Numbered from the stretch's first letter, positions 1-9,481 are shown. The stretch: 34,839 nt of DNA from a bacterium (GCA_021813965.1 JAKAJB010000001.1:1-34839), one strand, 5' to 3'. Translations and numbers: made by a program. The notes: generated by a model not told the origin, from the letters alone.

Positions 1-10
1 ATTGTTCGTG

Positions 11-39
11 TCACGGCGATCCCGTGATTTTTTGTTTTT
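11..39 (+). terminator. Rho-independent terminator of an upstream, off-window gene
   Basis: Stem TCACGG (11-16) / CCGTGA (22-27) with a 5-nt loop, followed by TTTTTTGTTTTT (28-39). Confidence 0.6.
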
Positions 40-49
40 GGAGGTACTG

Positions 50-214
50 ATGAAGAACCCCCGCACAGAGCATTACGGGGAACACCAAGATCTTTCCGGC
101 GGGGAGGCCGTCGAATCGGGCGAGCCCTCTCAGGAGGACGCCGAACCGAAGAAGCGTCGGATAATCGTCATCGACGATCGGTGCCCGCGGTCCGAGCACT
201 GTCCGGCGTATTGA
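50..214 (+). CDS. Hypothetical small acidic protein (54 aa)
   Basis: Internal ATG of track ORF 2..214. GGAGG at 40-44 lies 5 nt upstream. The ORF part upstream of 50 overlaps the terminator at 11-39. Third-position GC is high. No recognisable domain. Confidence 0.3.
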   Translation: MKNPRTEHYGEHQDLSGGEAVESGEPSQEDAEPKKRRIIVIDDRCPRSEHCPAY

Positions 215-263
215 TCGGTCCGGTCCCTCATGCGCGCACGAAGCAGTGCGCGCATTTTCATAG

Positions 264-294
264 CAAAAGCGCCCGCCGTCAGGCGGGCGCTTTC
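264..294 (-). terminator. Intrinsic terminator downstream of the SWIB gene (may act in both directions)
   Basis: Perfect 10-bp stem AGCGCCCGCC (268-277) / GGCGGGCGCT (282-291) with loop GTCA. On the - strand it is followed by TTTTG. Confidence 0.65.
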
Positions 295-312
295 CGGAAC
301 CATGCGATTCCT

Positions 313-561
313 TTATTTGACGTGCGGGGAGATGAGCTTGGCCATCTCGAACATCGTCACTTCGCCCTTGCCGAAGATCGCCTTGAGCTTGTCATCCGCG
401 AGGATGTTGCGCTTGTTGGAGGGGTTCTGGAGGTTGTGCTCCTTGATGTAGACCCAGAGCTGCTTCACCACTTCGGTGCGGGGCATCGGGCCCGCGCCCA
501 CGACCGCCTGGAGTTCAGGGGAGAGGGTGAGGGGCTTCGAGAGTGCTGCGTTTATTGCCAT
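313..561 (-). CDS. SWIB/MDM2 domain-containing protein (82 aa)
   Basis: The whole protein is one SWIB-like module: LSPELQAVVG..PMPRTEVVKQLWVYIKEHNLQNPSNKRNILADDKLKAIFG. This is the typical 'R.ev.k.lW.YIK...LQdp.nkr.I..D..L..lf' pattern. Confidence 0.8.
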   Translation of the reverse strand: MAINAALSKPLTLSPELQAVVGAGPMPRTEVVKQLWVYIKEHNLQNPSNKRNILADDKLKAIFGKGEVTMFEMAKLISPHVK

Positions 562-625
562 AATGGATATGATTGTATTACTGCTAGTAGACTGACCTAG
601 TATATAGCATGAAATGCCTCATTTC

Positions 626-634
626 TGCTAGAAT
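626..634 (+). promoter_or_regulatory. Extended -10 box (TGcTAGAAT) for the atp operon, 9 nt upstream of the atpB ATG
   Basis: TGCTAGAAT at 626-634 and ATG at 644. No convincing SD at functional spacing. Confidence 0.45.
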
Positions 635-643
635 GAGGATAGC

Positions 644-1393
644 ATGCATGCGGGCATCAACGTCGTCCTCAAAGCGGAGCAACTTGGCTCCGTTTTCGGT
701 TTTCCCATCACGAACTCGCTCATCATGGCGTGGGCGGTGATGGCGCTGCTCATCGGCTTCGCATATTTCTTCGGGCGCTCGCTCTCTATGGTGCCGGGTA
801 AGCTTCAAGCCGGCATCGAGTGGGCATTCGAGGGTGCCATCGCCTACATGGCCGACGTGCTCGGGAGCGAAGCCCTCGCGAAGCGTTTCTTCCCGCTCGT
901 CGCGTCCATCTTCATATTCGTAGCTCTTATCAATGAGCTTGAGTTCTTCCCGGGGGTGGGTTCGCTCGGCCTCGTGCACGCCTCGGATTTCTTGCCGGTC
1001 CTCCGCGCGCCGACCACTGACCTCAACTTCACGCTCGCGCTCGCGATGATCTCGTTCTTCGCCATCGAGATCACCGGCATCGCCTCGCTCGGTTTTTTCA
1101 AGTATGCGGGGAAATATGTTAACCTGAAATCACCGATCGGATTCGCTGTCGGGCTCATCGAGCTCATGAGCAATCTTGGCCGGCTTATCTCGTTCTCATT
1201 CCGTCTCTTCGGAAATATCTTCGCAGGAGAAGTGATGGTGCTCGTCGCCGGCTACTTCCTCCCGTATGTCCTCCCGGCGCCTCTCATGGGCTTCGAGATG
1301 TTCATCGGACTCATCCAGGCGCTCGTGTTCGCGATGCTGACATTGTTCTTCATTAAGCTGGCGATCATGGATCCGCACGGAGAGCACGCCTAG
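644..1393 (+). CDS. atpB: F0F1 ATP synthase subunit a
   Basis: Polytopic membrane protein carrying the subunit-a signature LISFSFRLFGNIFAGE (essential Arg). First gene of the atp cluster. Confidence 0.95.
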   Translation: MHAGINVVLKAEQLGSVFGFPITNSLIMAWAVMALLIGFAYFFGRSLSMVPGKLQAGIEWAFEGAIAYMADVLGSEALAKRFFPLVASIFIFVALINELEFFPGVGSLGLVHASDFLPVLRAPTTDLNFTLALAMISFFAIEITGIASLGFFKYAGKYVNLKSPIGFAVGLIELMSNLGRLISFSFRLFGNIFAGEVMVLVAGYFLPYVLPAPLMGFEMFIGLIQALVFAMLTLFFIKLAIMDPHGEHA

Positions 1394-1494
1394 AAGCCTC
1401 ATATGCTTTGTTGCGGGACCCGTCGATTTCTTCCGCCGTACCACACAGTACGTCTCCAGAAATCGACCTCCCGCGCCTCGCGTCTGAAGCTTCT
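1392..1494 (+). repeat. Structured intergenic element, copy 1 (after atpB)
   Basis: Nested helices: AGAAGC/GCTTCT (1392-1397/1489-1494), GCGGGA/TCCCGC (1413-1418/1469-1474), GTCGATTTCT/AGAAATCGAC (1422-1431/1458-1467), CGTAC/GTACG (1437-1441/1448-1452). Shares the blocks TGCTTtGTT, GCCGTA and ACGTCTCC with copies 2 and 3. Confidence 0.75.
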
Positions 1495-1571
1495 GGTCGC
1501 GCTCTCGGAGAGCTCTCCGTGCGGCTCCGGGATAGGGGCTTTTATTAAAAGACATACTCATACACATATAT

Positions 1572-1799
1572 ATGGACGTAGATTCAGCACGTTTGCTCGG
1601 GATGGCGCTCGCCGCCAGTCTCGGCGTTATCGGCCCGGGCATCGGCATCGGCCTCATCGGCAGCGGTGCCATGCAGGCTATCGGCCGCAACCCGGAAGCG
1701 TCCGGCAAGATCGTCTCGAACATGATCCTCGCGATCGTGTTCACGGAAGCCCTCGGCATCCTCGCGATTGTCGTCGCCTTCATCATCAAGTTCGTCTAA
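1572..1799 (+). CDS. atpE: F0F1 ATP synthase subunit c
   Basis: 75-aa two-helix hairpin with a Gly-rich helix 1 (GPGIGIGLIGSG), the polar loop GRNPEA and the carboxylate in helix 2 (VFTEALG). Confidence 0.95.
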   Translation: MDVDSARLLGMALAASLGVIGPGIGIGLIGSGAMQAIGRNPEASGKIVSNMILAIVFTEALGILAIVVAFIIKFV

Positions 1800-1808
1800 A
1801 ACATGTCT

Positions 1809-1912
1809 GAAAGCCTCGTCTGCTTCGTTATGGGTCCCAGCGATTTCCCTTGCCGTACCTCAGGGTACGTCTCCGAAAATCGCTCTCCCATGCCTTGCAT
1901 CCGATAGCTTTC
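1809..1912 (+). repeat. Structured intergenic element, copy 2 (after atpE)
   Basis: Helices: GAAAGC/GCTTTC (1809-1814/1907-1912), ATGGG/CCCAT (1830-1834/1887-1891), AGCGATTT/AAATCGCT (1839-1846/1877-1884), CGTACC/GGTACG (1854-1859/1864-1869). Confidence 0.75.
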
Positions 1913-1937
1913 CGGCACGTTTTAAATCTCTCTACGT

Positions 1938-2384
1938 ATGAACCAACTCTTCGCAGCTTTCGGCGTCAACTGGAGCCTCATCATCGCTCAAGCGGTGAAC
2001 TTCGGCATTGTCCTCATCGCGCTCCGGTACTTCCTCTACAAGCCGATGATGACCATGCTCAATAAGCGACAGGAGCTCGTCGCGAAGAGCGTGAGTGATG
2101 CGGCAAAGGCCGAGGAACTGTTCGCCGGTGCGGATGCCGAGGCGGCCAGCCGCGTGCACGCGGCTGACACCGAGGCGGAGAAGATCGTCGCGGTGGCGCG
2201 CGAGTCGGCGAATGCGGAGAAAGCGCGCCTCCTGAAAGAAGCCGAGGAACGTGCTGTGCTCGTCGCGAAAGACGCCGAGGCGCGCGCCGCCGAGGCCCTC
2301 GAGCGGGCGCGGCGCGAGAGCGAGCGAGACATCGCGCGGCTCGCTGTCCTTGCGGCCGAGAGAGTATTGCACGATCAATCATGA
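1938..2384 (+). CDS. atpF: F0F1 ATP synthase subunit b
   Basis: N-terminal TM helix (WSLIIAQAVNFGIVLIAL) followed by a long Ala/Glu/Arg-rich helix. Position is between atpE and atpH. Confidence 0.9.
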   Translation: MNQLFAAFGVNWSLIIAQAVNFGIVLIALRYFLYKPMMTMLNKRQELVAKSVSDAAKAEELFAGADAEAASRVHAADTEAEKIVAVARESANAEKARLLKEAEERAVLVAKDAEARAAEALERARRESERDIARLAVLAAERVLHDQS

Positions 2385-2752
2385 TTGATACATACACACG
2401 TCTCCTCGAAGCGGTCGCCGAGACCGAAGACAAGGCGGCGGCAGACGCCGCGGTGACGAAGCTCATCGTGCACCTGAAAAGTGCAGGACGCATGAACATG
2501 CTCCCGAAGATTGTTCGTGAGCTGCGTAGGGTCGCATCCCGGCGACACGCACTCCGGCCGCGAGTCGAAGTCGCTTCAGAGAAGGAGTCGTCAGCCGCAC
2601 TCGCCGCTGCTTCGGCGCTCGGCATCACCGCCCGGCACGCGACCGTAAATCACTCGCTCATCCGCGGTTGGCGCGCACAAAGCGCCGGCAAACTCATCGA
2701 TCGCTCGGCGAAGCACGCGCTCACGCAGATTTATCAGAAAGTAACCGTCTAA
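2381..2752 (+). CDS. atpH: F0F1 ATP synthase subunit delta (OSCP), unusually short at 123 aa
   Basis: ATGA overlap with atpF, immediately upstream of atpA. SAGRMNMLPKIVRELRRV and the C-terminal LIRGWRAQSAGKLIDRSAKHALTQI resemble the delta/OSCP C-terminal half. Confidence 0.75.
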   Translation: MIDTYTRLLEAVAETEDKAAADAAVTKLIVHLKSAGRMNMLPKIVRELRRVASRRHALRPRVEVASEKESSAALAAASALGITARHATVNHSLIRGWRAQSAGKLIDRSAKHALTQIYQKVTV

Positions 2753-2764
2753 TTGTAACCGGGT

Positions 2765-4321
2765 ATGCAAAGCATCATTGAAAGGATAGAGAAAGAGATC
2801 GCCGCGTGGGCGCCTGACGTCGGTTCCGAAGAGACGGGCGTCGTGCGTGCGACCGGTGACGGCATCGCGGAAATCGACGGCTTGTCGAATGTCGCGATGA
2901 GCGAGATGGTGCTTTTCGACCCCACATTCGACCGCACGCTTGCTGATGCGCTCAAGGATCCCGCTCCGATCTACGGCCTGGTGCTCAACCTCGAGGAAGA
3001 CGGCGTGCGCACGGTGATCCTCGGTGAACCCTCGAAAATCTATGAGGGCATGCTGGTGCGCCGGCTCGGGCGACTCCTCTCGATTTCGGTCGGCGGCTCC
3101 CTCGTCGGTCGCGTGGTGAACCCGCTCGGGGAGCCGGTCGACGGCAAGGGCGCGACCGGCGCGAAAGAAGTGCGCCCGATCGAGCGGGAAGCGTACGGCA
3201 TCATCGATCGCGCGCCGGTGAACGTGCCGCTGCATACCGGTATCAAGGCGGTTGACGCGATGATTCCGATCGGCCGCGGACAGCGCGAGCTCATCATCGG
3301 CGACCGCGGTACCGGCAAGACCAGCATCGCTATCGATACTATCCTGAATCAGAAGAGCGAACCGGCTGCGACACGTCCCATTTGCATCTACGTCGCCATC
3401 GGCCAGAAGGAATCGAAGACGGCGAAGATCGTCGCCGAGCTTGAGAGCCGCGGCGCAATGGCGTACACCGTCGTCGTGACGGCGCCGGCGTCCGCGCCGG
3501 CGGCGCTCCAGTTCCTCGCGCCGTTCGCCGGCGCGACCATCGGCGAGTATTTCATGGAACAAGGGAGGGATGCTCTCGTCATCTACGATGATCTCTCCAA
3601 GCAGGCGGTCGCGTATCGCCAGATGTCGCTTCTCCTGCGCCGCCCGCCGGGCCGCGAAGCATACCCGGGCGACATCTTCTATCTGCACTCGCGCCTCCTC
3701 GAGCGCGCAGCGAAGCTGTCGAAGGAACGGGGCGGCGGCTCATTGACCGCGCTCCCGATCATCGAGACGCAGGAAGGCGACGTGTCGGCCTACATCCCGA
3801 CGAACGTGATCTCGATCACCGACGGACAGATCTACCTCGAAGCGGACCTCTTCAACAAGGGTCAGCGCCCGGCTATCAACGTCGGCATCTCGGTGTCGCG
3901 CGTGGGAAGCGCCGCGCAGACCAAGGCAATGAAGAAAGTGTCGGGCAAGATCAAGCTCGAACTCGCGCAGTTCCGCGAACTCGAAGCCTTCATGCAGTTC
4001 TCGAGCGACCTCGACGCTGACACGAAGCGGCAGATCGACTCGGGCCGCCGCATGACTGAGATCCTGAACCAGGGCCGCGGCGTGCCGCTCCCGTTCGAGA
4101 TGGAATCCGCGATCATCTTCGCGGCGACGAACGGTTACCTCGACGGCGTCCCGGCGGAAGAGGTCAGTGCCGTCGAAGCGAAGCTGCAGGAGTACCTCTC
4201 GCGCGAAGCGGGCGGCGTCCTCATGGCGATCAAGGAGTCGAAAGAGATCCGTGAGGAATCGGAGAAGACGCTCCGCGAGAAACTTCAGGCATTTCTCGAG
4301 CGCACGGTATCCGCCGCATAA
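2765..4321 (+). CDS. atpA: F0F1 ATP synthase subunit alpha
   Basis: Walker [16 protein letters not shown], plus the conserved stretches [42 protein letters not shown] and [24 protein letters not shown]. Confidence 0.97.
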   Translation: MQSIIERIEKEIAAWAPDVGSEETGVVRATGDGIAEIDGLSNVAMSEMVLFDPTFDRTLADALKDPAPIYGLVLNLEEDGVRTVILGEPSKIYEGMLVRRLGRLLSISVGGSLVGRVVNPLGEPVDGKGATGAKEVRPIEREAYGIIDRAPVNVPLHTGIKAVDAMIPIGRGQRELIIGDRGTGKTSIAIDTILNQKSEPAATRPICIYVAIGQKESKTAKIVAELESRGAMAYTVVVTAPASAPAALQFLAPFAGATIGEYFMEQGRDALVIYDDLSKQAVAYRQMSLLLRRPPGREAYPGDIFYLHSRLLERAAKLSKERGGGSLTALPIIETQEGDVSAYIPTNVISITDGQIYLEADLFNKGQRPAINVGISVSRVGSAAQTKAMKKVSGKIKLELAQFRELEAFMQFSSDLDADTKRQIDSGRRMTEILNQGRGVPLPFEMESAIIFAATNGYLDGVPAEEVSAVEAKLQEYLSREAGGVLMAIKESKEIREESEKTLREKLQAFLERTVSAA

Positions 4322-4323
4322 TC

Positions 4324-5232
4324 ATGGCACTGAAGGATATCAAGACGAAGATCGCTGCGACACATCGCACGCACAAGGTGACGCGCGCGATGGAAGCTGT
4401 CTCGGCGGTGAAGATGCGCAAGACGCAGGCTGCGGCGCTATCCGGCCGTTCGTATGCGCGCGCCGCGCTCGGGATATTGGCTCGGCTCTCCGGCAGCGCC
4501 GATCTCGCCCGGCATCCGCTCGCGCAGGCCAGGAAGGCGGAGAAAATCGCTCTCGTCATCCTCACGAGCGACAAGGGTCTCGCCGGCGCGCTCAACAGCG
4601 GCGTCATCAAGGCCGCCGCCGAGGCCATCGCGCCGTATGAAAGCGCGGCGGTGACGGTGTATGCCTACGGCAAGAAGGGCGAGGAATATTTCGCACGGCG
4701 CGGCTACCGCATCGCGCGCGCGTTCGAGAACAAGGCGGACACTATCGAATTGTCGGTCATGGAGGAACTCGTCGCGGAGCTCTCTCGGGGATTCGCTGCG
4801 GGGCAGTATGACGAGGTGCTCGTCGCGTACAGCAATTTCAAATCGACGTTCGAACAGGTCCCGTCGGTGCGCCGCCTGCTCCCGCTTGCGCTCGCTGACG
4901 TGACCCGGCTCGTCGCGGACATCATCCCGGAGAAAGGGAAGTGGAGCGAGACGCGCGCGATCGAATCGCCGGCGGCCTATGCCATGGAGCCGGACGATTC
5001 AAATGTCATCGACATCCTCGTGCCGCGCCTCGTCGCCGTCTCGCTCTACCACTTGCTGCTCGAGTCGAAGGCGTCGGAGCACTCGGCGCGCATGGTGGCG
5101 ATGAAGAGCGCGAGCGACAAGTCGAAGGAAGTCGCGCACGACCTCACGCGGCTCTTCAACAAGATCCGTCAGGCGGCCATCACGCGCGAAGTGTCGGAGA
5201 TTATCAGCGGGCGCGAGGCATTAGCCGCGTGA
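4324..5232 (+). CDS. atpG: F0F1 ATP synthase subunit gamma
   Basis: N-terminus LKDIKTKIAATHRTHKVTRAMEAVSAVKMRK and C-terminus NKIRQAAITREVSEIISG are the gamma coiled-coil signatures. Confidence 0.95.
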   Translation: MALKDIKTKIAATHRTHKVTRAMEAVSAVKMRKTQAAALSGRSYARAALGILARLSGSADLARHPLAQARKAEKIALVILTSDKGLAGALNSGVIKAAAEAIAPYESAAVTVYAYGKKGEEYFARRGYRIARAFENKADTIELSVMEELVAELSRGFAAGQYDEVLVAYSNFKSTFEQVPSVRRLLPLALADVTRLVADIIPEKGKWSETRAIESPAAYAMEPDDSNVIDILVPRLVAVSLYHLLLESKASEHSARMVAMKSASDKSKEVAHDLTRLFNKIRQAAITREVSEIISGREALAA

Positions 5233-5262
5233 GATAAGACGTTTTTGCAGAAGTTAAATTAA

Positions 5263-6681
<1,419 letters not shown>

Positions 6682-6684
<3 letters not shown>

Positions 6685-6780
6685 CGTCATCTGCTTCGTT
6701 GCGGGTCCCGTCGCGTTTCGTCGCCGTAGCGCGACCTACGTCTCCGAAACGCGCCTGCCCGCGTCTTGTATCTGACGTCA
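6682..6780 (+). repeat. Structured intergenic element, copy 3 (after atpD)
   Basis: Helices: TGACGTCA/TGACGTCA (6682-6689/6773-6780), GCGGG/CCCGC (6701-6705/6758-6762), CGCGTTTCG/CGAAACGCG (6712-6720/6745-6753), CGTAG/CTACG (6725-6729/6736-6740). The atpD stop codon TGA forms the first 3 nt. Confidence 0.75.
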
Positions 6781-6809
6781 TTTTCCGCGCTCTCGCCATA
6801 TAAGCAAGC

Positions 6810-7055
6810 ATGAAGACCTTCCACCTCACTATCGCCCGCGTCGGAGAAAACCTCTTCGACGGCGATGTCATCTCGGTCGCCATCCCCGGAGTTGACGGGA
6901 TGTTCGAAGTGCTCGCCGGACACGAAGCGTTCGTATCCGAACTCGCGAAGGGGACGGTGCGAGCCGTCTCCGCCGAGGGCGAGCGATTCCATTTCGAGAT
7001 AGCCGGACGCGGCGTCGCCGAAGTATCACAGAATCAGGCGACTATCCTCCTCTAG
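6810..7055 (+). CDS. atpC: F0F1 ATP synthase subunit epsilon, beta-sandwich domain only (81 aa)
   Basis: Last gene of the atp cluster. FDGDVISVAIPGVDGMFEVLAGHEAFVSEL matches the epsilon N-terminal domain pattern. There is no C-terminal helical hairpin. Confidence 0.85.
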   Translation: MKTFHLTIARVGENLFDGDVISVAIPGVDGMFEVLAGHEAFVSELAKGTVRAVSAEGERFHFEIAGRGVAEVSQNQATILL

Positions 7056-7091
7056 GAGTTGCGCCCGCCGTGCAGGGCGTATACTAGGAGC

Positions 7092-7511
7092 ATGACTTTC
7101 GAAGGAGACGGCGGGGAGAGCGTTCCGCGGCACCGGAAAGTGCTGCATTACCACGGCGACGAAGTGCGCATGCTCTTCTTCATAAGCGCGATTGTCCTCG
7201 TCGTGGCGCAATCGACCGGAGCTGAACTCCCGCTCTCGACGAGCGGCGCTGTCATCGCGGCGGTCCTGCTCGTGATCGCCGCCGGCGTCACCAGTCCGGG
7301 GCAGTCCTCGATCCACTGGTTCAACGGCCTTCTCGCCATAATCGGCACGGCCCTCTTCGGGACGACGGCGGTCGAGCATTACCGTGCGGGCATGAGCGTC
7401 TTCGATGCTTCGTTCGCCTACACGGAAGCGCTCGCTATCCTATCGCTCATCGCACTCTACTTCACGACGCGCACCATCCGCGGCATCACGCAGCGGGCGA
7501 AGCTCTCTTAA
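7092..7511 (+). CDS. Hypothetical membrane protein (about 4 TM helices)
   Basis: Internal ATG of track ORF 7059..7511. TATACT at 7080-7085 lies 6 nt upstream of this ATG. Several hydrophobic helices. Confidence 0.6.
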   Translation: MTFEGDGGESVPRHRKVLHYHGDEVRMLFFISAIVLVVAQSTGAELPLSTSGAVIAAVLLVIAAGVTSPGQSSIHWFNGLLAIIGTALFGTTAVEHYRAGMSVFDASFAYTEALAILSLIALYFTTRTIRGITQRAKLS

Positions 7512-7531
7512 TCACCTCATCTTCACGAATC

Positions 7532-7762
7532 ATGTCTGTACAAAGTTTCCTCCTCAACCAATACGCAAAATGGAAGTTGAAAGATATGCCGGAAGCGCAG
7601 CGCGAGCAGATGACCGCGCTTGTCTCGAAAAATCCGGAACTCTTCAAGAAGATCGGCGAAGAGATCGAGCGCCGCAAGAAGGGCGGCGAAGGCGAGATGA
7701 AAGCGTCGATGGACGTGATGAAGAAATACCGCGCTGAACTCGCCGCGCTCATGCAGAAATAG
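7532..7762 (+). CDS. Hypothetical small Lys/Glu-rich helical protein (76 aa)
   Basis: Same-strand ORF that fills the gap between neighbours. No recognisable domain. Confidence 0.5.
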   Translation: MSVQSFLLNQYAKWKLKDMPEAQREQMTALVSKNPELFKKIGEEIERRKKGGEGEMKASMDVMKKYRAELAALMQK

Positions 7763-7766
7763 CCGT

Positions 7767-8270
7767 ATGACCGCACTCGTCTCATTCGTCGTCTTCTGCC
7801 AAGCGCTCGGCGCGCTCATCGGCGCATTCACAGTCGTCTGGGGCGAGCTCGCGTATCTCCGCGCCATACGCGACAGGAAGATAGACCATGCCGAACGCGC
7901 GCACTTGCGCACCATCGCGCACGGGCTCCGTTTCGGCATGACGCTCCTGCTTCTCGCTTCTCTCGCGCTTGTCGTCATCGAATATCTCGCGCATGCCGCT
8001 ACGCAGCCGGCCATGACGCCGAGCTACTGGGCGCTCGTCATTTTCGCGCTTGTGGTCGTCTATGTCTCATGGGCGCTCTCGCGCAAACGCATCTCTTTCG
8101 CGCTCGGCTCGGCTATCGCTTTCACCGGCTGGTGGTTCCTGGCTTATCTTGCGCTCGGCTGGCTGCCGCCCTTGACCTTCGGCGCTCTGGTCGCGTTTTT
8201 CGTCATCGCCACGGGTATTTTCTATGCCATCCTCCAGTACGCGCGCATGCTCGCCGGTTCCCGTTCGTAG
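7767..8270 (+). CDS. Hypothetical membrane protein (about 5 TM helices)
   Basis: Consecutive hydrophobic helices. Starts 4 nt after the previous stop. Confidence 0.65.
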   Translation: MTALVSFVVFCQALGALIGAFTVVWGELAYLRAIRDRKIDHAERAHLRTIAHGLRFGMTLLLLASLALVVIEYLAHAATQPAMTPSYWALVIFALVVVYVSWALSRKRISFALGSAIAFTGWWFLAYLALGWLPPLTFGALVAFFVIATGIFYAILQYARMLAGSRS

Positions 8271-8311
8271 CCGAGCCTCTTTCTTTTTCGCTCGCGGCGG
8301 GGTAATTTGGA

Positions 8312-9412
8312 ATGATGTTGAAGATAGGCATCGTCGGCTTGCCGAACGTCGGGAAATCGACGCTTTTTAATGCGCTCACGAAGGCTTCCGTGCCGGCGGA
8401 GAATTATCCGTTCTGCACCATCGACCCTTCGGTCGGCGTCGTCGGCGTGCCTGACGAGCGTCTCGGTGCGCTCGAACGCTTCTCGAAGAGCGAAAAGACC
8501 GTTCCGGCCGCGATTGAGTTCGTGGACATCGCCGGTCTCGTGAAGGGCGCGGCCCTTGGCGAAGGGCTCGGGAACCAGTTCCTCGCGAATATCCGCGAGA
8601 CCGACGCGATCCTCCAGGTCGTGCGTTTCTTCGATGATGCCGACGTGCATCATGTCGAAGGCGACATCGAGCCGTACAAGGATATCGAGATCATCAACCT
8701 CGAGCTCGCGCTCGCCGATGCCGAACAGGTGCGGAAGCGCCGCGATAAGCTCACTGGGGACGTGAAGCGCGGCGCGAAAGAAGCGATCGCAGAAGATGCT
8801 GTGCTCGCGAAGCTCGCGCAGGGCTTCGCGGCCGGGAAGCTTGCGCTCCATGCCGGCCTCACCGATGAGGAGAAGAAACTCGTCCAGAATCTGAACCTGC
8901 TCACGATGAAGCCGATCCTCTACGCGCTCAACCGAAAGAGCGGCGGGCACAACCTCGACGAGCTCGCTGACGGGCGCGCTTCGCGCGCCTATGAGCTCAT
9001 CGAAGCGCTCGGCGGACGTTACGTCTTCGTCGACGCTGCGACCGAACGCGAATTGAACGACGTCGCTGACGATGACCGCGAGACGTTCCGCCAAGAACTC
9101 GGCGTGACGGAGAACGGCCTCGCCGACCTCATCCGCGGCGCCTACGGTACGCTCGGCCTCATCTCATTCTTCACGACCGGCGCCGATGAGACGCGCGCAT
9201 GGACTATCACGAGGGGCAGCACGGCGCCGGTCGCCGGCGCCGCCATCCATAACGATTTCCTTACCAAGTTCATCCGCGCCGAAGTCATCGAGTGGGACAA
9301 GCTCCTCGAGCTCGGCTCCTATGCCGCCGCCCGCGAGAAGGGTCAAGTCCGCGTCGAAGGGAAGGAGTACGTCGTTGCCGACGGCGACGTCATGGTGTTT
9401 TTGCACGGATAG
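8312..9412 (+). CDS. ychF: Ribosome-binding ATPase YchF
   Basis: G1 motif GIVGLPNVGKSTLFNALT, FCTIDP, DIAGLVKGA, and the C-terminal TGS-like region (AWTI.RGSTAP.AAG.IH.DF...FIRAEV). Confidence 0.95.
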   Translation: MMLKIGIVGLPNVGKSTLFNALTKASVPAENYPFCTIDPSVGVVGVPDERLGALERFSKSEKTVPAAIEFVDIAGLVKGAALGEGLGNQFLANIRETDAILQVVRFFDDADVHHVEGDIEPYKDIEIINLELALADAEQVRKRRDKLTGDVKRGAKEAIAEDAVLAKLAQGFAAGKLALHAGLTDEEKKLVQNLNLLTMKPILYALNRKSGGHNLDELADGRASRAYELIEALGGRYVFVDAATERELNDVADDDRETFRQELGVTENGLADLIRGAYGTLGLISFFTTGADETRAWTITRGSTAPVAGAAIHNDFLTKFIRAEVIEWDKLLELGSYAAAREKGQVRVEGKEYVVADGDVMVFLHG

Positions 9413-9464
9413 GGAAACGCTCGTTTTTCATTATGGCAGCGCTGTGTAGGGCTTTCCTTTTGCG

Positions 9465-9473
9465 TGGTATAAT
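9465..9473 (+). promoter_or_regulatory. Extended -10 box TGgTATAAT, 8 nt upstream of the ATG at 9482
   Basis: TGGTATAAT at 9465-9473. No SD between the box and the ATG. Confidence 0.5.
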
Positions 9474-9481
9474 GCGCGCCT

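Noticed and set aside
1392-1494. Possibility that the repeated element is a hammerhead or other known self-cleaving ribozyme. GAAA and CUGA-like strings are present.
   Set aside because: The helices are nested into a rod rather than a three-way junction. The order and context of GAAA and CUGA do not fit any hammerhead permutation, and CUGA is CCGA in copy 2. I cannot exclude other ribozyme classes by eye.
1507-1518. 12-nt palindrome GGAGAGCTCTCC downstream of repeat copy 1.
   Set aside because: It is too short for a meaningful RNA hairpin (4 bp plus a tetraloop at best) and is present in only one copy, so it is likely incidental.
1572-1799. Checked subunit c for a Na+-binding signature (Gln in helix 1, Glu-Ser/Thr-Thr…Tyr in helix 2).
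   Set aside because: Aligning on the RNPEA loop, helix 1 has Ile at the Gln position. Helix 2 reads FTEALGIL, without Ser/Thr after the Glu. This looks like an ordinary H+-type c subunit.
1196-1810. ORFs 1196-1789 (-) and 1403-1810 (+) spanning the atpB-atpE spacer and atpE.
   Set aside because: They overlap atpE and the structured repeat, are Arg/Pro-rich, and the same sequence is better explained by conserved base-pairing.
2591-3688. 365-aa ORF on the - strand, antisense to atpA.
   Set aside because: It lies fully inside an unambiguous atpA CDS. Its Arg/Ala/Asp/His-rich composition is typical of antisense frames in high-GC DNA, and it has no recognisable domain.
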